Origin: a virus
DNA: 64,000 nt
Virus record (IMG/VR): IMGVR_UViG_3300045135_001635
Strand: one strand, 5' to 3'
Shown here: positions 1 to 9,600 of the stretch, piece after piece
Numbering within the stretch: position 1 is the first letter of the stretch
How the letters are laid out: every line of letters begins with the position of its first letter
Program-made: the position numbers and the translations under genes
The notes under the pieces: model-generated
What the model was told of the DNA's origin: nothing
Databases searched by the model: none
Seen by the model: the letters and a program-made list of their open reading frames with translations, nothing else

Positions 1-992
1 CTTGCGTCAGCGCCTGCGATGAATATTCCAGCGCCGTCTGCTTCCGCAGGAGTAGCAGCATCATCAGCTAATGTTAAAGTGAGGTCATTAACCGACATTA
101 CCGTCGAGTTAATTATTGTTTGTGTACCTTGAACTACTAAGTCACCACGTACAATTAAAGTACCGCCGTCCGAATCTGTCGGAGCAGGGTCTAAGTACAT
201 CGTGTTAGAAGAATCAGTAGAAGATAAAGTGTTACCTTCTAATTTTAAGTTTCCGACTTCTAATGTATTGAGTTCAGTAACATCTGTTTTTAAAACAGTG
301 CTTATTGTATTTGTTAGCGAGTCGTAGTTTACGTCTACGTTAGAAGAACCTTCAAAATGTAAATCAGAATCCAATAATGATATTGAATCACCGTTTACAG
401 TAAGGTTAGTCGCTATATCAACCGAGCCAGCAGAAGACAAGCGTCCGTCTGAGTCTACAGTAAAGGTAGGGATTTCAGTTTGAGAACCGTACGAGCCAGC
501 AACGACGCCTGTAGGGGCAATGGCGTCCGCAACATAATTTGCTAACGTATCGTCAACATAGAATTTAGTAGTTGCGTCAGCAGAATCAATCGGCGTCGCA
601 AGGTTAGTAATACGAGTACCACTAACATCAATATTCTGACCAGCAGCTGGGGTGAATACAAGATCGCCAGCAGTTGTTGTAACCGAGTTTCCGTCAAATA
701 CTAAGTCATCAACTTTAAATTCGTTGATTTTACCGTCAGCATCAACGATTATAGCAGTGTTCGGGGTTAGTTGTCCGAAGGGTGCGTCACCTTCACCACC
801 AAGAAGGTCAACAAAATGTTTACCGCCAATGACCGTATGATTGACAGCATCGCCGTTAATTTCTTCACCAGTACCGATGTAGAGTCTATCACCACCGACA
901 CCGTTAAAATATGAATATGCTAATTCACCTTGTCCGAGTATCGAGGGATTTCCCTGTACTCCGGAGCGTTTTATTCTAATTATTGATGCCAT
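1..992 (-). CDS. Virion structural/tail-fibre protein, N-terminal part (runs off the window)
   Basis: Not in the ORF track. ATG at 992 overlaps the upstream stop (TAATG) and reads MASIIRIKRSGVQGNPSILGQGELAYSYF..RLYIG, the N-terminal motif typical of T4-like marine myovirus fibre proteins; later ITNLATPIDSADATTKFYVD. Confidence 0.8.
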   Translation of the reverse strand, partial: MASIIRIKRSGVQGNPSILGQGELAYSYFNGVGGDRLYIGTGEEINGDAVNHTVIGGKHFVDLLGGEGDAPFGQLTPNTAIIVDADGKINEFKVDDLVFDGNSVTTTAGDLVFTPAAGQNIDVSGTRITNLATPIDSADATTKFYVDDTLANYVADAIAPTGVVAGSYGSQTEIPTFTVDSDGRLSSAGSVDIATNLTVNGDSISLLDSDLHFEGSSNVDVNYDSLTNTISTVLKTDVTELNTLEVGNLKLEGNTLSSTDSSNTMYLDPAPTDSDGGTLIVRGDLVVQGTQTIINSTVMSVNDLTLTLADDAATPAEADGAGIFIAGADA

Positions 993-1261
993 TAATATTG
1001 ACCCCCATTTATAATCTGCTTATCAAGTAGTTTTTGTGCTACCCATTTTTGTGCTTCGTCTTGCCAAACTAATACGTCACCGTCTTCAGCAGCATAAGCG
1101 TCGACATCATTTAGATTAACTAAATTTCCGTTGTCAGCATAAACTCTACGAATAGGCTTTCCAAGGGTAACACGTTTTACTTTAGTGTTATTACCTGTAG
1201 AAACTCCGTCAACGATATGAGTTGTTGTACTGTTTGATTTAGATACGCGTCTAATCGGCAT
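992..1261 (-). CDS. Small virion structural protein
   Basis: LVNLNDVD..EDGDVLVW....KWV motif common in phage fibre proteins; translationally coupled to the downstream gene. Confidence 0.6.
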   Translation of the reverse strand: MPIRRVSKSNSTTTHIVDGVSTGNNTKVKRVTLGKPIRRVYADNGNLVNLNDVDAYAAEDGDVLVWQDEAQKWVAQKLLDKQIINGGQY

Positions 1262-1269
1262 TTAATTCT

Positions 1270-1620
1270 CTACCTTGTTACTGAAGGCGTGACTTTAATC
1301 TTACCTTCTAAAATACGTTCTACAATAGGATTTCCATCACTATCGTTATATGTTAATTCAACATCATAAACGTATCTACCGCGAGTAGATAGAGCATCAG
1401 TTTGTTCATTTGTAAGAGAAAGGACTACGATACCGTCGGTCGCAGGTTGCGAGACAATAGCGTCAAATTGGATAGCTTCGTCTGAGCCAAATGATTTTTT
1501 CATTTTAGCTTCGACTGTATGTGCTGTGAGATTCTTGGTTGAACCGTCTATTTCGGTCAACTCTAATTGAAGGGCGACATCTGCGCCTTGATCGATTGTA
1601 AAATCTTCGTAAGTAGCCAT
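1270..1620 (-). CDS. Conserved virion structural protein (Ig-like, IDQG..GRYVYDV..RILEG.I.VTP.VT)
   Basis: Motif pattern typical of T4-like marine phage structural proteins; late promoter upstream. Confidence 0.7.
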   Translation of the reverse strand: MATYEDFTIDQGADVALQLELTEIDGSTKNLTAHTVEAKMKKSFGSDEAIQFDAIVSQPATDGIVVLSLTNEQTDALSTRGRYVYDVELTYNDSDGNPIVERILEGKIKVTPSVTR

Positions 1621-1655
1621 CTTCCTAGTTTCTTCCGTTACAATATAGTTGTTTA

Positions 1656-1663
1656 TATTTATA
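1656..1663 (-). promoter_or_regulatory. T4-type late promoter TATAAATA
   Basis: Exact consensus about 35 nt upstream of the 1620 start. Confidence 0.8.
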
Positions 1664-1700
1664 ACAGTTTGAAACTTAGGAAGATAACTATTTTATACGA

Positions 1701-2408
1701 TTAGAAAGATGAGATATCTTCTAAAACCATTTCACGGAATTCTTCAGAGGTATCGCTCATATCAAATACATATGATACGGTACAACGCCAAGAATCTTCT
1801 GTTTCCGCTGCGTGATATAAAACTTTGTCTTGTTCAGTCCAAGAACCGAAATAAGCAGCTTTACAAGTCCACTTACCTTTAGGGTCTTCACACTTTACAA
1901 TCTCTTTTGTTTCAGGGTGAACATAAGAGAAGTGACCATCGCCACCTTCAGAATAACTGAAGATTAAGTTATATCCTGGAGCATTATGGTTGCTATGCCA
2001 CGAAATGAAGCCACCTGGAGGGTACACGGCACATAACGCATTATGCTTAACAGAAAGGAAATTCATCATTCTGGCGTTAAGGTCACTTAACTTATGTGTC
2101 AAATCACGCTTAAAGATTGGGTCTGCGTCTCTCTCAAAGAAAGTATGCGACTTATCAGCAAGCTTGAAGTTATAGCCAACAATCATATCAGGAAAGCCTT
2201 CGTGTCCAGCACCTTGGTCTTTAACATCCTGTAGATATTCCATACCCATCCAATGCGGGCGTTGGCGTTTATGTTCTTTTGCCGTTAAATGGCAATTCTT
2301 TTCGAAACCTTCAAGAGTATGTAATTTAGAATACTCATTTAAGATTTCAAGCAACTCAGGGTTATTAACCTCTACGTGCTTTAAGTATTGGTCGTTAATC
2401 TGTGTCAT
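1701..2408 (-). CDS. Putative 2OG-Fe(II)/cupin-type oxygenase
   Basis: YPPGGFISWHSN...LYHAAET..WRCTVSY layout of a double-stranded beta-helix oxygenase, with HxN in place of HxD. Confidence 0.6.
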   Translation of the reverse strand: MTQINDQYLKHVEVNNPELLEILNEYSKLHTLEGFEKNCHLTAKEHKRQRPHWMGMEYLQDVKDQGAGHEGFPDMIVGYNFKLADKSHTFFERDADPIFKRDLTHKLSDLNARMMNFLSVKHNALCAVYPPGGFISWHSNHNAPGYNLIFSYSEGGDGHFSYVHPETKEIVKCEDPKGKWTCKAAYFGSWTEQDKVLYHAAETEDSWRCTVSYVFDMSDTSEEFREMVLEDISSF

Positions 2409-3145
2409 ACGATTGGTTTATCCTTGTCTAGACCAGCCGAGAAGTGACGTAAGATAACTTCATCTTCAGGCTGAGTTCTTGCCCAGTTAAAAGCATTGTA
2501 ATAATTCCATCTTAAATCATCATCAAAGATTCCGATTTTAAGATCCTTATATTTTTCTTCTTTCTCAGTAAGCCACCATAGTGAAAATTGATCCCAACAT
2601 TTAAGGGAATCCGCATATCCTTCTGGCCACCAAGTATCATTCATTTGCTTATACGTTAGTTCCCACCAGTCTTGCATAAATTCGCGCACGATTGGTTTAG
2701 ACATATCATACAAACACACACCACCACAAAGAGTAAATTGAGCTTTACCTTCTGGCGTATCAAAATCACGTTCAGCATAAATGTAGGAGCGATCGTCAGT
2801 GAGTTCAGAGTAGACCATATCATAGTCTTTCATCTCATCCCAAACTTTAACGATATCTTCATGCTCACATTCCATATCAGCATCAATGTACATTGTTATA
2901 TCATATGGCGATTGAGCCATACCCCATAACTTAGCGCGATAATGGTCTTCACAAAAGATAACCGTATCGGCTACGTCATGACCACGTTCATCAATAAATC
3001 TTTCTTCGGTTACTAAACAAATGTTACAATCTTCGTAATAATCGCGAAGCGATTCCGCTAAGTTAAGCGCATACAAATAAAAGTTACGTTTGTGTGAACC
3101 AACGATTACAAAACCTTTGGTCTTTTCCATATTACTCATCTCCAA
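2405..3145 (-). CDS. GT-A fold glycosyltransferase
   Basis: SPYDITMYIDADM (DxD), GGVCLY, WDQFSL, RWN and late His motifs. Confidence 0.75.
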   Translation of the reverse strand: MEMSNMEKTKGFVIVGSHKRNFYLYALNLAESLRDYYEDCNICLVTEERFIDERGHDVADTVIFCEDHYRAKLWGMAQSPYDITMYIDADMECEHEDIVKVWDEMKDYDMVYSELTDDRSYIYAERDFDTPEGKAQFTLCGGVCLYDMSKPIVREFMQDWWELTYKQMNDTWWPEGYADSLKCWDQFSLWWLTEKEEKYKDLKIGIFDDDLRWNYYNAFNWARTQPEDEVILRHFSAGLDKDKPIV

Positions 3146-3578
3146 TCTGTTCTTGTAGAATCATAATTGAATATAAGTCAACTTCAATACGGCTTTTCGC
3201 ACGTCTCAGTTTAGACTTGAGTTTACGGTTTTTAGAATTCTTAATCTCTTCAACTTCAAAAGCTTCTAACTTATAGTTGAAAAGTTTCTCTAATTTACGA
3301 GCCTTTTCATGCTCGACTTCACGTTGCTTATGCTCTTCAGCTTCAGCTTTTTTACGTTCTTCACGATCAGTTGTTTCTTTATCTATTTGGGCTTCGCCAA
3401 CAGAGTCAACAACTTCGTTAAATAATTCGTTTTCGTTACCTTCTTTGTCGTGACGATTTAATTTCATCACTTGACGAGTAACACGACCAACGTCGTCTTC
3501 CATCTCTAAAATACAATTCAATTGGCTTCGGTCTTCATTTTCCCAAAACGCGTTATCTAACCATTTTCTATAGCTCAT
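3132..3578 (-). CDS. Hypothetical protein with charged coiled coil (possible fibre chaperone)
   Basis: 148-aa ORF with GGAG RBS, first gene after the giant fibre gene; function inferred from position only. Confidence 0.5.
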   Translation of the reverse strand: MSYRKWLDNAFWENEDRSQLNCILEMEDDVGRVTRQVMKLNRHDKEGNENELFNEVVDSVGEAQIDKETTDREERKKAEAEEHKQREVEHEKARKLEKLFNYKLEAFEVEEIKNSKNRKLKSKLRRAKSRIEVDLYSIMILQEQIGDE

Positions 3579-3627
3579 TTTTTATTTCTCCAGGTTTATC
3601 AAATCAAGCAAAAGTATATAGTAATAA

Positions 3628-3656
3628 AATAAAAGGGGATATTCCTTTATCCCCTT
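3628..3656 (-). terminator. Intrinsic terminator after the giant fibre gene
   Basis: Stem AAGGGGATA/TATCCCCTT followed by a T-rich tract on the minus strand. Confidence 0.7.
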
Positions 3657-3685
3657 ATTATACAACATTCCTTAATCTATATCAA
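3657..3685 (-). promoter_or_regulatory. sigma70 promoter TTGATA-17-TATAAT
   Basis: Near-consensus hexamers with 17-nt spacing; overlaps the stop codon of the giant gene. Confidence 0.65.
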
Positions 3686-6600
3686 GAAATTCGTACATAT
3701 AATGTGTAAGTTTCTACAATTGAGAATGTAGGTTGTATTGTTGTTCCAACGTAGTTACCTACGAAAGCACGCGAATAGTTACCAACATAATCTCTCGCAT
3801 AGTTACCTACGAACTCACCAACATAATTACCGACATAGTTACCAGCATATGAAGATACGCGAGTTCTTGAGTAGTTATCTGTGTAAGCACTTGTACGTAA
3901 ACGTGAGTAAGCTGAAACACGAACTCGACTAAACGTATCAGTTGAGTTACGAGTATATTCACCAACGAAACCACGTGTGTAGTTACCGATGAAATCGCCT
4001 ACGAAGTCACGCGCATAGTTACCGACATACTCGCCAGCAAATCCACGAGTGTAGTTACCAGTAAAGTCACCAGCGTAGTTACGAGCATAGTTACCGATGA
4101 AATCACGAGCAAAGTTACCAGTGAAAGTACGGTTATATGTGCCAGTATATTCGCCAGCAAAACCACGTGAGTAAGTACCTGTATATTGACCAGAGAATCC
4201 ACGTGAGTAAGTACCAGTGTACTGACCAGAGAATCCGCGAGTGTATGTACCAGCATACGAACTTGGACGAGTTCTTGAATAATACTCAAAACGTGTGCGT
4301 AAGAAGTTACGTGAGTAATTTCCAACGAAGTCACGAGAGTAAGTACCAGTGTACTGACCAGAGAATCCGCGAGTGTATGTACCAGCATAAGTGCTAAAGC
4401 GTGAACGGTTGTAAGTACTAAAACGAGCACGAACAAAGTTACGCGAGTAATTACCAACATAATCACGTGAGTACGCACCAGTATATTCGCCTACGAAGCC
4501 ACGTGTATATGTTCCAGCATAAGTGCTGAAGCGAGCGCGGTTGTAAGAGCTTACACGGTTACGAGAGAAGTTACGTGAGTAATTTCCGGTATATGAGTTA
4601 GCATATGTGCCTGTATATTCGCCTACGAAGCCACGTGTATACGTTCCTGCGTAAGTACTTAAACGAGTACGAGCATAAGCAGATACTCTTGAACGAGTAT
4701 ACGCACGAGCATAGTTACCTGTATAAGTTGTCGCATATGTACCAGTATATTCACCAACGAAACCGCGAGCGTAAGTACCAGCATATGAACTTGCGCGTGA
4801 ACGAGCGTAAGCAGATACTCTTGAACGAGTATACGCACGGGCATAGTTACCTGTAAACGTACGATTATATGTTCCAGTATATTCGCCTACGAATCCACGG
4901 CTGTATGTACCAGCATATGAACTTGGACGTGAACGAGAATAAGCAGAAACACGAGTGCGAGTATAAGCACGAGCATAGTTACCAGCGAAAGCACGTGAGT
5001 AAGTACCAGTATATTGACCAGAGAATCCACGGCTATAAGCACCAGTGTATTGTCCAGAGAATCCACGGCTGTATGTACCAGTGTACTGACCAGAGAATCC
5101 ACGAGTGTAGTTACCAATATAGTTACCAGCAAAGTTACCAACGTAATTACCAATGAAGTTACCAGCATAGTTACGTGCGTAATTACCTGTATACGTTCTT
5201 GCATAGTTACCTACGAAGTCACCAGTAAACGTTGTTACACGGTCACGAGCATATGTGCTGTTACGAGTACGAGCGTATGCAGAAACACGTGTACGAGCGT
5301 AAGCACTGTAACGAGTACGAGCTGAAGTACGAGCGTATTCACCAACGAAGTTACCTGCGTATTCGCCAGCATATCCGCGAGCATAGTTACCTACGTAAGA
5401 CGCATTTCTTGTACGAGCATAAGCACTATAACGAGTTCTAGTCGAAGTACGAGTACTTAAACGAGTAAAGTCGCCGACATAGTTTGTTACACGAGTACGC
5501 GAGTAAGCTGAGTAACGAGTACGAGTAGAAGTACGAGTACTTAAACGAGTAAAGTCGCCAACATAGTTTGTTATACGAGTACGAGCGTAAGCGCTGTAAC
5601 GAGTACGAGTAGAAGTACGTGTTGATAAACGAGTATACTCACCAACAAAGTTACCTGTAAACGTAGTGACGCGATCACGGATGAAGTCGCCAACATAGTT
5701 TGTTATACGAGTACGCGAGTAAGCTGAGTAACGAGTACGAGCTGAAGTACGAGCTGATAAACGAGTATATTCGCCAACAAAGTTACCCGTAAACGTAGTG
5801 ACGCGATCACGGATGAAGTCGCCGACATAGTTTGTAATACGAGTACGCGAGTAAGCTGAGTAACGAGTACGAGCTGAAGTACGAGTACTTGTACGCGCAT
5901 AGTTACCAACAAAGTTGCCAGTGAAGTTTGTTACACGGTTACGAGTAAAGTCGCCGACATAGTTTGTAATACGAGTACGCGAGTAAGCTGAGTAACGAGT
6001 ACGTGTAGAAGTTCTTGTAGAAGTTCTTGCGTAGTTACCAACGAAGTCACCTGCGTAAGAACCAGTACGAGTATAATAACCAGTATTAGTTGAAGTACGT
6101 GTAGAAGTACGCGCATATTCACCTACGAAGTCACCTGCGTAGTACAATGGACGAGCATAGTTACCTGTGTAATATAATGTACGAGCGTAATTACCAACAA
6201 AGTTACCAGCATATACTAATGTACGAGCATAGTTACCTGTGTAATATAATGTACGAGCGTAATTACCAACAAAGTTACCAGCATATACTAATGGACGAGC
6301 ATAGTTACCAGTATAGTAAGCTGTACGAGCGTAATTACCAACAAAGTCGCCAGTATAGACTAATGTACGAGCATAGTTACCAGTGTAATACAATGTACGA
6401 GCATAGTTACCAGCGTAAGAAGCAGCGCGAGTACGAGTATACGTTGGATAGTAAGCACGATCACGAGCATACGTTGGGTAGTAAGCGCGTTCACGAGTAT
6501 ACGTTGGGTAGTAAGCACGATCACGAGCAAAACCTCTTTCTACAGCACGAGATCTTGTAAAGTCTGGATAGTAAGCACGATCACGAGCATACGTTGGAGC

Positions 6601-9600
6601 TGCGTGACGAGCACGAGTATATTCTAAGCCATAAACTCTATATCGAGCATATGTTGCTGTTCTACTGTAATATGCTGTACCAACAAAGTTACCAGTAAAG
6701 TAAGCTGTTGACGGCCAACCAGGATCTCCGCCCCAAGCTTGATAAGTATATGATCTTGTACTTGTACGAGTAGAAGTCCCTGTACCAGCATATGCTAATG
6801 TACGAGCATAGTTACCAGTATATGTCCCAGTACGAGTGTAATTACCTGTGTAATAAACGTTACGAGAATAGTTACCAGTGTAGTAAGCTGTACCGATATA
6901 GTTACCCGTAAAATATCTTGTACCGACAAAGTTACCAACATAATATCTTGTACCGGCATAATCGCCAGTGTAATAAGCTGTACGAGCATAGTTACCTGTG
7001 TAATATAATGTACGAGCATAGTCACCAGTATACGAAGCAGCACGGTCACGGGTATACGTTGGATAGTAAGCACGGTCACGAGCATAAGTCGGTGACGTTG
7101 TGTAGTCTGTGATACGAGTACGGGCATATGTCGGATAGTAAACACGACCACGAGTGTACGTCGGTGACGTTGTGTAGTTTGTTACACGGTCACGGGTATA
7201 CGTTGGATAGTAAGCACGGTCACGAGCATAAGTCGGTGACGTTGTGTAGTTTGTTACACGGTCACGGGTATACGTTGGATAGTAAGCACGGTCACGAGCA
7301 TAAGTCGGTGACGTTGTAGAAGTTCTTGTAGAAGTTCTTGCGTAGTTACCAACAAAGTCTCCAGCATAGTACAATGTACGAGTATATGCTAATGTACGTG
7401 TTGAAGTACGCGTAGAAGTACGAGCGTATTCACCAACAAAGTCTCCAGCATAATTACCTGCGAATCCACGAGCATAGTTACCAACAAAGTCGCCAGTAAA
7501 TGTCGTTGCGTAGTTACCTACGAAGTCACCAGCATAATCTGTGATACGAGTTCTTGCGTATTCACCAACAAAGTTACCAGCATAATTACCTGCGAATCCA
7601 CGAGAATAGTTACCAACAAAGTCGCCAGTAAATGTCGTTGCGTAGTTACCAACAAAGTTTCCTGCGTAATCAGTGATGCGAGTACGAGCATAATTACCAG
7701 TATATTCACCAGCAAAGTTACCAGCATATCCACGAGAATAGTTACCAACAAAGTCGCCAGTAAATGTCGTTGCGTAGTTACCAACAAAGTTTCCTGCGTA
7801 ATCTGTGATACGAGTACGAGCGTAATTACCAGTATATTCACCAGCAAAGTTTCCTGCGTATCCACGAGCGTAGTTACCAACGAAGTCGCCTACGAAATCG
7901 CGAGCGTAATTACCAGTATATTCACCAGCAAAGTTTCCTGCGTATCCACGAGCGTAGTTACCAACGAAGTCGCCTACGAAATCGCGAGCATAGTTACCTG
8001 TGTAATCACCAGCAAAGTTTCCTGCGTATCCACGAGCATAGTTACCTACGTAAGAAGCACCACGTGTACGAGCATAAGCTGAGTAACGAGTACGAGCTGA
8101 CGTACGTGTTGAGGTACGAGCATAATTACCAACGAAGTTACCAGCAAAACCACGAGCATAGTTGCCTACGAAGTTGCGTGAGTAATTTCCAACGAAGCCA
8201 CGAGCATAGTTACCAATAAAGTTACCAGCATAATCTGTGATACGAGTTCTAGCAAAAGTAGAAACGCGCGCACGAGAGAAAGCACCAGCAAAGTTAGTAA
8301 CACGATCACGAGTATAGTCTGTTACACGAGTACGACCATAATCAGCAGCGTATACAGAAACACGGTTACGTGAATATGTACCAGAATATGTGCTGATACG
8401 GTTACGTGAATATGTACCAGAGTAAGAAGAAACACGTGTTCTTGAGTAAGTACCAGCATAAGCTGAAACTCTTGAACGAGTAAAGTTACGTGAGTAATTT
8501 CCTAAGAACGAACGGCTGTAATTTCCAATGAAGTTACGAGCATAATTTCCGCTATACGTTGATATACGAGTACGAGCATATGTACCAGCGTAAGATGAAA
8601 CACGACCACGAGTAAAGTTACGTGAGTAATTACCTGTAAATCCGCGTGAATAGTTTCCTACGAATTGACGAGCATATGTTCCAACATAAGTTGATACGCG
8701 TGTACGAGCATATGTGCCTGTAAATGTAGAAACACGACCACGAGTAAAGTTACGGCTGTAATTACCAGTAAATCCGCGAGCATAGTTACCTACGAATCCT
8801 CGAGAGTATGTACCTGCGTAAGCAGAAACTCGTGTGCGAGCATACGTTCCAGAAAACGAGCTTGGGCGTGTACGAGTAAATTCACCAGCATAGTTCCCTA
8901 AGAAACCTCTTGTGTAGTTACCTACGAATTGACGAGCGTATTCACCAACATAAGTTGATACACGTGTACGTGAGTAAGTGCCAGAGAAAGCGCTTGTACG
9001 AGTACGTGTAAATTCGCCAGTATAGTTACCTACGAATTGACGAGCATAGTTCCCAGCAAAGGCACGAGCGTATTCGCCAGTATACGTTGAAACACGGTTA
9101 CGCGAGTAAGTACCAGAGAAAGCACTTGTACGAGTACGAGTAAATTCGCCAGCAAAATTACCAGTAAATGAACGAGCATAGTTACCGATGAAGTCACGTG
9201 AGTAATTACCAGTATACGTTGATACACGTGTACGTGAGTAAGTTCCAGTATACGTTGAAATACGGTTACGTGAGTAAGTACCAGTGTAAGTAGAAACACG
9301 GTTACGTGCGTATGTACCAGCATAAGCTGAAACACGACCACGAGCGTAAGTAGAAGGACGAGTGCGAGTAAAGAACCCAGCAAAGTCTGTAATACGGTTA
9401 CGAGTATAAACTGATACACGGTTACGTGCGTATGTACCAGCGAATACACCAGTAAACGCTTCTAAACGGTTACGTGTATAAGAAGAAATACGAGTACGAG
9501 CATAGTTACCGACGAAATCGCCAACGTATTCTCCCGCAAAACCTCTTGAATAGTTACCAGCAAAATCACGAGTGTAATTACCAACGTAATCACCAATGAA

